Shown piece by piece: positions 37,501-53,390 of a DNA stretch of 64,000 bases; position 1 is the stretch's first letter, and every line of letters starts with the position of its first letter. Under the pieces are notes generated by a model. The model made no database searches. It had not been told where the DNA came from and saw nothing but the letters and a program-made list of their open reading frames with translations. This DNA comes from Antechinus flavipes (taxonomy: Eukaryota). The position numbers and the translations under genes are program-made. Where the stretch lies: NCBI RefSeq assembly GCF_016432865.1, contig NC_067401.1, forward strand, positions 196,478,001 through 196,542,000, written 5' to 3'.

Positions 37501-40500
37501 CTGCCTTCCCTGTTGATGGTATGAAAAAACCATCCATTTCAGTACAATCATATGAAGATGTATTAAGAAAATCCTCTTTGCCCAACATTCTGTGGCTACC
37601 CTCTTTCCTCACAGTCCCTGGCAATCCAAGTGCAGACATCCCTGGCAGAGTCAAGCCAGGTGGCTGTGGAGGCCCTCTCTGCCATGCCCACTGTGAGAAG
37701 CTTTGCCAATGAGGAAGGAGAAGCACGGAGATTTGCCCAGGAGCTCCAGAAGACACAAAAACTTAACCAGAAGGAGGCCATGGCCTATACTTTCAACATG
37801 TGGACCACCAATGTGAGTACCTGGGGATAGAGTACCCATTTCTCAGCCTACAGTGTATAGATCCCAGTCCTCATCCAGGGATTCTAGGTTCAAATTTTCC
37901 ATTTTAAGATGCTAAGGTAAAACTCCCATTCTTACTTGAGATTCTACATAGTATCTAGATAGAGAGTTAAAGGGGCCCAAATATTATCTCCTTTATGGAG
38001 AGATTACTTATCTCTTTAATCTGAGGTCCTTCTTTTCCTACGCTCCTTGGGGTGCTATGAAGTCCCCATATTTCTCTTTCTTGACACCAGTATGCATGAA
38101 GAGGAGGGACTTGGGATAAGGGAACATATTTTTGTTCAATGAACATGGATAGCATCAGAGTTCAGAGAAGATCCTTAGTTGCTTTCCTACACTTCACATC
38201 TGTTCTTGGGGCTTTTGCTTTTACATGGAATCAAAGAAATCTGGCCTTAGGCAAACAGGGCATTTAAACCTAATGGCATAACTCTGTGGCTAACTTGAGG
38301 CTTAAATGCTATTATTTCTATGAATATGACTTAGACATGCTTATAAGTTTTCTAATTTCTGAACTTGCACTCTCTGATCTATCCACAGCTCTTAGGACTC
38401 TTGCTCAAGGTGGGAATTCTGTACATAGGGGGAAAGATGGTAATCCATGGGGATGTGAGCAGAGGAGACCTTGTCACCTTTGTTCTTTACCAGATCCAGT
38501 TCACCACTGCTGTTGAGGTGAGACCCATTGACAATTGCTTCTTATTCCTCCTCTCCTATCACCTTTTTGCATCCTCTTTCCAGTTCTCCTGTCAGATATA
38601 GCAGATAACACATTGTATCCCCTCACCCTCTTCATGGTGTATCCTCCTTCTTTCAGGTACTGCTCTCCACATTTCCTACTGTACAGAAGGCTGTGGGATC
38701 TTCAGAGAAGATCTTTGAGTACTTAGAGCGGGTACCCCAGTGCCCATCCAGTGGTTCCCTGGCACCTCTTAGCCTGCATGGCATTGTAGAGTTCCAAGAT
38801 GTCTTCTTTGCTTACCCCAGCCAACCAGATGTCTATGTCCTACAGGTATCACCTTTTCCCTCCCTCACTCCACTTCTTCCAACTTTCAGCTTCTCAGATG
38901 CTTTCTGGGATATTGGGCTTCCTCAATTCATCTCTTCCTGAACTAACTAAGATGTTTTTGCTTCAGTTAACAATTTAACTCTCCCAAATCTTCGCAGGCA
39001 GGGAAGAGAAAGGATCAGAGAGAACCCACCTACAGGCTGATTCTAAACTCACAAACCAGTCTGGCTGTCTCAAGGAAGCTAATTAAAAACCTTCCTCAGA
39101 GGTGTCCCCACTTTCCCCCTACTTTGGCAGTGGGGGCTGAGATCCTGTTTTTCATCCCATCTCTTCTCTATTCTCCCTTCTCTTTCCTCCTTCCTTTTAT
39201 GGAACAATTACCCACCAGCCCTGACTCCCGCTGTGAGGATGTCCCTGCATAGATGGGGGTGGTGATGGTGGGAGTCTGTGATGGTGGGAGTCTGTGCTCC
39301 TGCCCAACCAGGGGGAGGCTCTCTCTCTCTCTCCTGCTGCCTTCCCCTTCTTGTTCCTTTAGGGAGTGACGTTTACTCTGCACCCTGGAAAGGTGACAGC
39401 ACTAGTGGGGCCTAACGGAGCTGGGAAGAGCTCAGTGGCTGCATTACTGCAGAATCTGTACCAGCCTTCCCGGGGCCAGGTGCTGCTGGATGGGGAGCCA
39501 CTGTTCCAGTATCAGCACCGGTACCTGCATTCACAGGTGAGGATGCAACACCTGGTCAGAAAATCCTTGGGAGAATAGGTCAGGGAGGGAAGGAAGAGGA
39601 GAAAGAAGGGCGGGCGGAGCTCCTGGTCCTAGTGCTCCAGCATCTTTGCTGGTGGAAGTGAGAGAGATGAGGCTTCTATTATGAGAAATGGAAATGCCCA
39701 AGCCCTCACCTGCTCTCCCTCTTCTCCTGCCTTCCCCTTCCCTGACTCCCGGCTCGTTCCAGGTGGCTGCAGTATCACAAGAGCCACAGATGTTTGGGCG
39801 GAGTCTGTATGAGAATATAGCTTATGGGCTGAATCGGAAACCGGAGCTAGAGGAGGTCATGGAAGCTGCCAGGGAGGCTGGAGCTCACAGTTTCATCTCT
39901 CAGTTGCCCCAGGGCTACCACACAGGTACTGGGAATAATCACTCATTGAATAGCAATGCATTTCATCTGTAACTCAGCTCTGCAACAGAAACAGGCAAAA
40001 AATGAATGAACCAGTGAAAAATCATTTAATGAATACTGGAGTAAGATAACAAGGAGAAGAGAATAATGATTCTTTTAGTGCCCTCTATATGCCAGGAATT
40101 TACAAATGTTCTTTTATTTGATCTTCACAATAATCTTGGAAAACAGGTATTATTATTATCTTCACATTGGCTCTTGAAGAAACTGAAGGTCACAGGGTCA
40201 CATGGCTAAGTGTCTGAGGCCTTATTTGAACTCAGATTCTTTTGACTCCATACCCAGCCTCTACCCACTCTGCTCCCCAAATGCCTCAAAAATGTAAATG
40301 TTCATATTTAATCTCAGCTGTGTGACACTGGACAAGTCACGCCTCTATTTGCCTCGGTTTCTTCATCTGTAAAGTAGGGATAATAATGTGAGGAATGTAG
40401 AAGGCCCTTACTCAAAATGATTACTCAGAGATCACTCAGTAGAAGGCAGAAAAGTTGTTTATTAAAAACCTCTGGAGCATGAGCCATCCCAACGCAAGAT

Positions 40501-42488
40501 AAAAAAGAGAAAGCTCATGGTAGGAGGGCTAGAGAAGTAGTGAAGACACATAGCTTTTATACAAGAAATTATATCACAAGTAAGAGAGCATTGAGAAGGG
40601 GAAGGGGAGGCATCTAATTGGTTGTTGCTATCCAGAGAGATTAGAATGGAAGGTTTCTGTTTCCCTGAAATCTCCTGATTTCTAGGAAACAGAAAATCCG
40701 GCCTTCAGGCTTAATCAAGCAGACAGTGGTCCAGCTAATAGACTAAATATCGATAAATGTCAAATACCAATAAATGTCATCAGCTCAGGTTACATAAATA
40801 TATTTATAGCTGGCCAAGGCTCAAAATATGAGCCTGTGTTATATTATGCAGGTCATAGAGGAAACACAGAAATAATGAAAATAAAATATAGAAAAAGAAT
40901 TCATACATTCCTGTAAGTTCTTCACCTTATCTCTCTATTCCACACAATAACAACCTTCAGGTTGCTTAGAGACCAAATGAAATAGTAATGATAAAGGGCT
41001 TAGCATAGTGCCTGGCACCTAGAAAGTGCCATATAAATGTTGGCTATTATTATTTAAGTGCTAACAATGTGACAAGTGCTGTTGTAAATTCTAGGCACAC
41101 AAATACCCATAAAAGTTCCTGCCCTCAAGTAGCTTACATTTTTGTAAGGCAGAGAATATNNNNNNNNNNNNNNNNNNNNNNNNNNNNNNNNNNNNNNNNN
41201 NNNNNNNNNNNNNNNNNNNNNNNNNNNNNNNNNNNNNNNNNNNNNNNNNNNNNNNNNNNNNNNNNNNNNNNNNNNNNNNNNNNNNNNNNNNNNNNNNNNN
41301 NNNNNNNNNNNNNNNNNNNNNNNNNAATCTGTAGAATCACATCCATAGAGTAGTCTGATGACCCTTTTCAAAAGCATTGGGATTATCGATAGGGTGACTG
41401 TGTCCCAAGCAAGAGGTGGAGATCGCAGGCAAGTGCACACCTGCAGAGGCAGGGCCCAGGGCAAGATGTCCTCATGGATGACTGGAAGGGATATGGAACA
41501 TGGTTTGGGGCTGACTAGACATAGGGCTAGGTGAGTTTGCTCCCACTCCTTCAGACTCCTGTTTTTCAGGGCAGGACTTCCAAGGATGGGGGGAGTAAGA
41601 CCTTTGATCTCCATGAACTCTCCCAGAAAACCATCTCACTCCTGTGTGAGGGACTGGTCTCAGCTCCCTCCGTCCCTTTTAGTCCATGGAAATAGCATGT
41701 TTTTGGTGGCTGTGATGGTTCTGCTCTCCATGCATCTGTTCTCTCTCCAGAGACTGGGGAGTCTGGGAGCCAGCTGTCAGGGGGTCAGCGGCAGGCTGTG
41801 GCCCTGGCTCGGGCTCTGATCCGGAACCCCCGGGTCCTGATCTTAGATGATGCCACCAGTGCCCTGGACACAGACAACCAGTTATGGGTGAGACAGCAAC
41901 TTCTCCTACTCCCTCAGTCCCAAATCCTTAAAGCCGAAGGCAATCCCAGCTCCTTCCTGCTGTGCCCAGAGAGTTTTCTGTTTAAGAAAGCTTATAATGT
42001 GCAAATCTTCCAGATAAAATCCTTCTATTTAACTTCTTTTCCTTTTTTCCTTCATCATCATCATCACTATTAGCACGACCAAAAAACCTTGATTAAACAC
42101 AGAACTGTGCCCAGGGATGTGCTGGGGTTTTTTCTCTCCTTACAGCCAGTTCTATGGGATGGAAGGGCAGTCAGGAGTCACTGCGGATGAGACAGTTAAT
42201 CAGTGGCCTAATGCTATGATTTGTGCATGAGCTTTCTGAACTACTAACAGCACCTGTGCCTTCTTCCCACAGGTGGAGCATCTCCTGTACGAGGCCCCCA
42301 GGAAGCTCCCTCAGGCCGTGCTCCTCATCACCCAGCGCCTCAGCTCTGTGCAAAGGGCTGACCAGATTCTCTTCCTGGAAGAGGGGGTCATTCAGGAGAG
42401 CGGCACCCATAGACAGCTCATGGAGCAACGGGGCCGATATTGGACCATGGTGGAGGGCACAGGCGGGAGCTTAGCTCCTCAGGAATGA
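31503..42488 (+). CDS. TAP1: Antigen peptide transporter 1 (ABCB2)
   Basis: Eleven exons: 31503-32076, 32569-32683, 32843-32973, 36241-36446, 37615-37812, 38389-38517, 38657-38845, 39363-39536, 39763-39925, 41751-41887, 42273-42488 (2232 nt, 743 aa). Walker A GPNGAGKS, signature LSGGQ, TAP1-type degenerate Walker B (ILDDAT) and switch (ITQ). All junctions are GT-AG and in phase. Confidence 0.98.
40387..40944 (-). mobile_element. Solo LTR, copy 2, in TAP1 intron 9
   Basis: TG...CA termini with a short inverted repeat (TGTGAGGAA / TTCCACA) and a 6-bp TSD with one mismatch (TAATAA / CAATAA). Inserted in a SINE. Homologous to 4134-4701. Confidence 0.85.
41160..41325. other. Assembly gap (166 N) in TAP1 intron 9
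   Basis: Run of N. Confidence 1.
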
Positions 42489-43449
42489 GGGACATACTTG
42501 AATGGCCATTGTGAGAAAGCTACAGCTCTTCTCTCACCTATGAAAGTGTTGTCCCTGAGGAAGAATGTCAGCCTCTTTGTGACCCATGATGGGATCTAGC
42601 AGTTCCACAGAATTTTTCTATCTCAAATTTATATTCCTCCTAATCATTTTCCCACACTCATTATGAATTCCTTTAATTTAGGGCTTTCTCTTTTAGATTT
42701 TGAATACTAGTGGAGGGAAAAGCAAAGAAGCCTTTAATGAGAACATCTTAGAATTCCTTCATTTTTTTCAGCAAACATTTATTAAGCATCAACTATATGT
42801 CAACACTGTTTTAGGCACTGGAGATATGAAGATAGAACAAAACAGGTCTTGTCTCAAAGGATATTTTGTTTTATTGCAGCCTAATTCTAGACTTTGTAGA
42901 GCACAGCTAATCACAGTCATTATAGCTCATATATTAGAGCTTTTCAAGGTCTGTAAGTTGAAGGGACATTGAAAGTGAGGGTGAAAGTTATCAGAGAGAT
43001 TGACTGGGGTATTTCCATATACAAAGTGGTGATGGGCACTGGAAGATCCATTTTTTATTCAGCTGACATAGAAGTATTGTGGAAATATTTGGTGTTGAGC
43101 ATAAACTTAGTATTTTGCAAAATTTTGTGTTTCTTTAGTCTTTCAAGTTGCAATAGCTCAGTGTTTCTGCAGTTCCTCTTCTAGATGCCATGACAGCTAA
43201 TCTTGGAATTCCCCAACCCCAGCTTTCCTTGTCTCTGATCTCCTAAAAGGGTGTGCTCAGAGGTATTTGGAGTTAGAAGATTCAGGGGTTCAACTTTTCA
43301 TTTGTCAGTTATGTAACGTTGGGTCAGTCACTTTGACCCATTGAGCCCCTTTCTTCTCTTCCCTTTTCAATCTATACTTATTGCTGTCTTTCTTGCTATC
43401 TAGAAATAAACCCAGATGTCCCCCATCCCTTCACATCCTGTCATCCTCT

Positions 43450-44700
43450 AAATCTATACTCCTATTTCTCTCCTCCATTTAATGTCCAAACTCATATCCA
43501 AATTCTTCTGTGTTCACTAGCTTCATTTCTTCCCCTATCACTCCCTTTTCAGTTTCATGTCATTTGGCTTCTTTCCTTCTCTCTCCATTGTTCATTTGAA
43601 ATTGTTCTCTCCAAGGTTAAAGAAAATATTTGAATGACTAATATCAGTGAATTTTTCTCAGTTCTCTTCACCTGCCCCAAATTTTTATATTGTTGTCAGT
43701 TTCTTCCTAGATATATATTCTCATCTCTATGTTCATGATAGTACTCTTTCTTAGTTCTCCTATCGATCTGACCACTCTTTCTAACTTTCCTTTGCTCAAT
43801 CTCATCTTGCTCCCCAAGCATGAGTATTCTCTCGATCTCTTCTGATCTATTTTTTTCTTTTTTTAGAATCGGGCATTTCATCAGCTCCCATGGGGTTCAG
43901 TTGCTTCTTTTCAGAAGACCTCTTCATTTCTATGGCTTGTCATCATTTTTCTTATGAGGCGAAATTCCCATTTTAAGTGTCTGCCCATCTCCAATTCCAT
44001 GATCCTTAGGTATCTCAAACTCACCATGTCCAGAAAGTGAACTAATTGTCTTCCTTTCTTAACCTATCCCTCTCCCAAACTTTCCTATTACATCTGAGGG
44101 CTTCAGCACCCTTGTAGTCATGTAGAGTTTTCACCAATTTCATAGTCATCCATGAAACTTCAATCTCCTCTATTCCAACAATTGTCAAAGCCTATTGTTT
44201 CTCTCTCCACATCTCTTTTCACATCTTTTCAAGCCATTACTCTACTTTTCATTTTTCTTCCCTTTTTCTTGGACTCCTGGGGTAACCATCTAAATAATCT
44301 ATCTTTTTCCACTGTTTTGTTTCTACAATCTATATTTCTCACAACTACTAAAATAATCTTAAGGCATACATTTGACTATTACTTTCTTACACTGAACCCT
44401 GATCTTAAAAAAAAGTATTAAGTGGCTCCTTATTGACTATAGAATAAAATACAACACTCTCCATTTGACACTCAAAGTTCTTCTCAAATGGGTGCTAGCT
44501 TGTTTTTCAAGATATTTCATTTCACTATCCTCCATATATTCCATATTCCAGGAAAACTTGCTTATTTGCTGTTTTTGAACATCCAAGTTCAAAAGTTCAG
44601 TATCAAATTGAATTGAACCTGTCCAGGACTTTGTACAGAGTGTCATTTCACTCTTGGAAATCTTTCCTTCTTCATGTTTCACTTTTTTTCTTGTTTAAGT
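43450..44700 (+). mobile_element. Ancient L2 LINE fragment
   Basis: Pyrimidine-rich degenerate sequence with L2-like landmarks (attgttctctccaaggtt; aggtatctcaaactcaccatgtcca; aagtggctccttattgactatagaataaaatacaa). Confidence 0.55.
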
Positions 44701-47126
44701 TTCAGCTTGAGTTTTACTTTCTGTGAAAAGATATTCTTAATTCCCATTTGTCCTTCCCTAAATTTGCAAATTATGTGATTTTTATATGTTCATATATTGA
44801 GATCCTAAGGAGACTGTAAGGATCTGGAGGAAAGAGACTGTATTCAGTTTTATATTTGTATCCTCCCTCCAAAAATTGCCATGTCATTTTTGGGGGCTTA
44901 TTTCTCAAGCTGCTTAGAGACTTTGTGTTGGTTACCTCCTCATTTGAAAGGGGCAAGAATGTGGTTATATGGGAGAGAAGAGAGGTCTCATCTTCTAAGC
45001 TTTAACTGATCTCTGCCATTTTCTCTTTCACTCATCTGCATAATAGAAAAAACATAATATTTGAAAACTGGGGAATATTGAAACTGAGGACTGTTTGATA
45101 CTTACTAGACAAATAATCACTACACACTTTATAGTCTATTCTTTAGAAATTAAAATTGAGAATAATATAGCATACCCACCATAAGCAAGGCTGAAATCTT
45201 TGATAGAGGGACTCAAATGTCCTCGCCCAGGAATACAAATCCAGAGAAAAAACTTTAGCCGAAATGGTTAGATATGGTGAACCCAAAACTTTGGTTAGTA
45301 TAGCATCAAGGGAGAAAGAATAAAAGCTGAGGTACAAAAGAATAGGCTTCTTAGCATTATGCTAAAACAAGAAATCAATACTCCATCTGGAGTTCTTAAT
45401 TTGAGATCCACTAACATGTATTTGAAAAATATTTTTGTATCTCAATATATTCGGCTTCCTTGGGAAAGTCTCAGTATTTTATTTCATGCTTTAAAAATAT
45501 TATTCTGTGTAGAGTTCCACATGATTTAATGGATTGACAAGGGGCTGGATGACACAAAAAAGGTTAAAGAAGAAAGTCAGAAAAACCAGTGAAGAGATAT
45601 CCTGCTAGTCTCAGGGAACAGTTTCTGAGTTTTCCCAAGAGGACTAGAAAAGACCTCTACTCTTTAAATCAAAAGAAAATGGCCACTTTTTTTTCCCTTT
45701 GAGGAAGAGAGAGCTAAAGATTTCTGTTGAATGAATAACTGGAGGTGATAAGTAGCATCCATCTGAGCAATATTAGGGTGAGACTGAGATACCACAAGTA
45801 TCCCCCTCGGGTAGACCTCATGGGAGCAGCTCAGTAACATGACCAACTCTCTAGTCACACATGTTCTTTGCATGTGCTCCCAACCCTCCACATTCTCTAT
45901 ATTTGTCCACTCTAAACTGTGCTGTATAAATTTGTAGCATCCCAGATTTATGCCAGAAATGTTTTGTTGCTGTGTTTCTTAATGTGTCACATCATGAAAT
46001 GTATTTAATTTTCAATGATTATTTCTTTGGGTTGACTATTAAAGTTAAACACTTCTATGGGGCCCATGAACTATGCTATTGAGAAACAGGCCCTCAGAGT
46101 TCCTTGAAACTAGAGAATATATATATTTTTTTGATCTCATGTTTCTTGTACAGCATGATAATTGTGGAAATATGTATAGAAGAATTGCACATGTTTAACA
46201 TATATTGGATTACTTGCTATGTATGGGGAAGGGGATGGGGAAGGAAGGGAGAATTTGAAACAAGGTTTTGTAAGGGTGAATGCTGAAAATTATCTATGCA
46301 TACATATATTTTGAAAATAAAAAGCTCAAAAAAGAGAAAGAAACTAGAAAATAATTTTCTCTGGGCAAAACCAAAGCTGGGATTTGGAGAGGGTAGTGTA
46401 AATGCTACAGGCCCTACACACAAAGCCTAATTTCTGCAGGTAGGACTGGATCGTCTGGTAAAGGACTCTGCTTTGGGATTTAGAGGAGGTTGGTTCAAGT
46501 TTCCTTTTCTGTAAAAAGAGGATCTTAAACATTACTGGATGATCACTAAGGCTCCTGCCTACATAAAAATTTGATGATCTTGGGTGTAAAATGGCAAGTT
46601 TGGGGGAATCGGGATGGGACACTGAGTAAATTTCTGGATTTGCAAGCAGCAAACCTGGAATAAATTTGTCACTTACTATCCCGCGTGAGCCTGAATGTGT
46701 CATTTCACCTCTCTGGGCCTCATTTTCCTCATCTGTAAAATGAAGAAGTTGGAGTAATTGGCCAACCTGTAACATTCCTAGCTCCACAGTCCTATGAGAG
46801 AATCAACTAAGAAAATATAGGTAAAACTCCTTGCCAACTTTAAAGTCCTAAATGCAGAATGCATACGATCTGCAAATCAGTGCCCGTACTCCAGGAAACT
46901 GTACAATTAATGCAACATTATAATCAGCTCCCAGGCTGCTGCTTTACTGCCCCTTTCCCAGCCCCTTAGTCACGCAGCCTAATAATCTTTTATACCGCAG
47001 CGCGCCCCTTCACCCCCTCAGACAAATTAGATGTCCCCTCCCTTCCCCTCCTCTCCCTCTCTGCTCTATCACAGGGTGAGTGGTACCAGGACGGGGAGGG
47101 CCAGCTGCCACTAAGACTCGATGAAC

Positions 47127-47152
47127 GGGGACTTCCTATCTAGGAAATGAAA
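47127..47152 (+). promoter_or_regulatory. kappaB-like plus Ets-IRF composite motif upstream of PSMB8
   Basis: GGGGACTTCC (47127-47136) and GGAAATGAAA (47143-47152, EICE consensus GGAAnnGAAA). Confidence 0.45.
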
Positions 47153-48063
47153 GGCGAAGGCGGGGTGGGGGGTGGGGAGAACATTTCGTGGACCAAATTT
47201 CATTGCATCCTCCACTGAAGCTCTCAAGCCTCCTCTCCTTTCCGTCTCTCCCTCCTCCCTCCTCCTTCCTCCTCCTACACACTCATACTCTGAACCGTAT
47301 TTCCAAACCAACGCTCCTTCTTTGCTTTCCAAGGTTTCTCCATAGTACCTTGCATAGCTTCCCAAACAGTCCAATCAGGAAGAGTTGGGTGTTCGAAGGT
47401 ATTTAGTTGTTAGGCAGATTAGATGCTCTCAGGTTAGAGTCCGGGGCTGAGTTTAGAAAGCTGCAGCCTGAGAAGCTGTAGCAGGAGTTAACCTGGGGCT
47501 GTGTAGGGGCGGGAGAGGAGAGAAGTCTGTCCTTGGGGCAGCAAATTAAGAAAAGAGATGGGCGGGAAGGCGTTCCCTGCTCCTACTAGGTTGCTCCATC
47601 TCCCCAAGTAGAACTGGACACCTCCAAAGTAGCGGGGTTGTCGGGGGGAGAGATGGGAGGCGAAGCATCTCAGCCCAGCACGGCCGCGCTCTGGATTCCT
47701 ATCAATCCGTGCAGAGGCCGATTCCCTCAATCCTCTTCCCCATCTCTTCAATTCCCTAGAGCGGGACCATTAATGGGGCCCAAACCCTTCTCCCAGAGTT
47801 TCTCTGTTTGTAACCCGTCATTTTCCCTCGATAGAAAGCTGCTGTCTCTGAACTCCCTGCCCTTTCTTTCTGCCGTCAGTAGGACAACGCATCATTTCTC
47901 TCCACACTTTCTCTTATGAGACCTCAACGAGGAATACTACACTTTGATAGTATCCAAGTTAATCACCTAAGGCCTGAGAGTAGTGTTTGTGGAGGGAATG
48001 GGGGGTAGGGTAGGTGGATGGGAAAGAAAGGCTAGCTCTGACGCCCGCCCTACTCTGTACCAG

Positions 48064-48081
48064 GCTTTCGCTTTCACTTCC
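48064..48081 (-). promoter_or_regulatory. PSMB8 proximal ISRE/EICE
   Basis: The minus strand reads GGAAGTGAAAGCGAAAGC, an overlapping Ets-IRF and IRF-IRF element 50 bp upstream of the ATG. Confidence 0.8.
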
Positions 48082-48130
48082 CGTGGGCTAAGAGACCGAG
48101 TCTTTGAGTGGAGTGGGAAGGGAGAAGATC

Positions 48131-51021
<2,891 letters not shown>

Positions 51022-51929
51022 CTCTGGAAAATGCAGGATTGACCCTGCTGGGAAGATTCGGGGAATAGAGTCATCTGAAGCCCAGAAACTGGAGAACAGA
51101 ATTCCCCAGGAGAAGAAAAGACAGCAGTCTGAGCCATACACAAAACAAAATTCCAATGATTTTCTAACTTAGCAATATTTTCTGTGCTCAGTCTTGGAAA
51201 ATAAAGAAATGCTTATAAAAAGACTCTGTTATGGATGTGTGGAAATACGGTTAGTAGGAGGGTAGTAGGGATTGCCACAGAATGATGGCAGAATTAGGAG
51301 AGACATAAGGATTCTTCTTAAGTATATACTCTGCAGCTTTGATCCTGAACATCAGTGTTTTCAATTATATACTCTTATTCTTTCTCAGGATCTTCTATCT
51401 TCCTTCTTATCTCCAGGACTACAGAATGCTGCACTTTCTCTATTCAAAAGTAACATTGAGTATTATATCTTTTAGTTAAGAACCACATCTTTTTAGTCTT
51501 CTTCAGAGTCTAATAGTTTTCTAGGAAGAGAAGTTTAGGGAGGGAAAAAGTGCTCTAAGGTGCACAATATAGGGGCACCAGTGCTTTGGGATTTAGAGTT
51601 CAGAAAGTGAAGCTACAACATAATTTTGGAGGTTTTTCTTGGGTTCCATGAAAGTCAGACATCTGAGATCTAAAAAGTCTAGCCCAATAATAAAAACTGG
51701 TTGGAATTGCTAAAGAGTATGGCTATGGAGTCCAAATATCCAGCATTCACATGCCACTGACTAGTTAGTTGAGTGAGGACACTTCCTTCACCTCAGAGCC
51801 TTCTTATCTCTAAAAGGGGAGCTTGGACTAGGTGGTCCTTAAGGCCTGATTCATTTTAAAGCTTACTACCAACCTTGCTTAGTATGTTCATTGCTGTCCA
51901 ATTCTACTTGTTTTTGAAATGATGCACTT

Positions 51930-52615
51930 CTTTTTTTTTTAAGCTTTTTATTTTCAAAATATATGCATGGATAACTTTTCAACACTGACCTTGCATAGCC
52001 TTGTGTTTCAGATTTCCCCTCCTTCTCTTCCTCCCCACTAGATGACAAACAATACAATATATGCTATACATGTTAAAATATATGTTAAATCCAATATGTG
52101 TAAACATATGTATACAATTCTCTTGCTGCACAAGAAAAATCAGATCAAAAAGAAAAGAAAATGTGTAAGGAAGTGTAAGGAATAGCAACAAAAAGAGTGA
52201 GAATGTTATGTTGTGATCCACATTCAGTTCCCACAGTTCTCTCTCTGCATGTAGAAGGCTCTCTTCATCACAAGATTATTGGAACTTGCATCAATCATCT
52301 CATTGTTGGAAAGAGTCACATTCATCAGAATAGTGTAATATTGATGTTGCTGTGTACACTGATCTCCTGGTTCAGTTTATTTCACTTAGCATCAGTTCAT
52401 GTACGTCTCTCCAGGCCTCTCTGAAATCATTCTGCTGATAATATTCCAAAACACTCATATACCATAATTTATTCAGCTGATGGGCATCCACTCAGTTTCC
52501 AGTGTCTTGACATTACAAAAAGGACTGCCACAAACATTTTTGCACATGTGGGTCCCTTTCCTTCATTTAAGATCTCTTTGGAATATAAGCCCATAGAAGC
52601 ACTGTTGGGTCAAAG
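51930..52615 (-). mobile_element. L1 3' fragment
   Basis: Poly-T start and the same 3'UTR family as 15739-16205. Confidence 0.8.
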
Positions 52616-52619
52616 GGTA

Positions 52620-53390
52620 TACAGAATCTATTTAAATCCATCAGTAAGCATCATATGTAATGGTGATAAATTGGAACCATTCCCAGTAAAATTAGGAGTG
52701 AAACAAGGTTACCCACTATCACTATCACTATTCAATATTGTATAAGAAATGCTAGCTTCAGCAAAAAGAGATGAAAAGTAAAGTAGGTAATGAGATGCAC
52801 TCTGCAGATGATATGATGATATACTTAGAGAACCCCAGAGATTCCACTAAAAAGTTGTTAGAAATAATAGCTTTAGCAAAGTTGCAGGATACAAAATAAA
52901 TCCACATAAATCCTCAGCATTTTTATACATTACTAACAAAATCCAACAGCAAAAGATACAAAGAGAAATTCCATTTAAAATAACTGTTGAGAGTATTAAA
53001 CATTTGGGAATCTATCTACCAAGGGAAAATCAGGAACCATATGAGAGAACTACAAAACACTTTCCACACAAATAAAGTCAGATCTAAACAATTGGAAAAA
53101 TATTAAATGCTCTTGGATATATCTAGAGAATATAATAAAGATGACAATACTACCTAAACTAGTCTATTTATTTAGTGCTATACCAATCAGACTCCCAAGA
53201 AACTACTTTAATGACCTAGGAAAAAATAACAACAAAATTCATCAGAAAGAACTAAAGGTCAAGAATTTCAAGGGAACTAATGGGAAAAAAATGAAATGTA
53301 GGTAGCCTAGCTGTACCTGATCTAAAACTATATTATAAAGCAGCGGTCACCAAAACCATTTGGTATTGGCTAGGAAATAGAGTAGTTGAC
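52620..53390 (+). mobile_element. L1 ORF2 reverse-transcriptase fragment
   Basis: [28 protein letters not shown], then a frameshifted ADDM-like motif, SKVAGYKIN and TIWYW. Confidence 0.9.

Noticed and set aside
47500-48000. Equivalent of the human PSMB8 alternative first exon E1
   Set aside because: No translation resembles it and no convincing ATG-donor pair was found.
51930-53390. Twin-priming 5'-inverted L1 (minus 3' end abutting a plus ORF2 piece)
   Set aside because: The geometry fits, but I found no flanking TSD and several hundred bases of L1 are missing between the pieces. They were left as two fragments.
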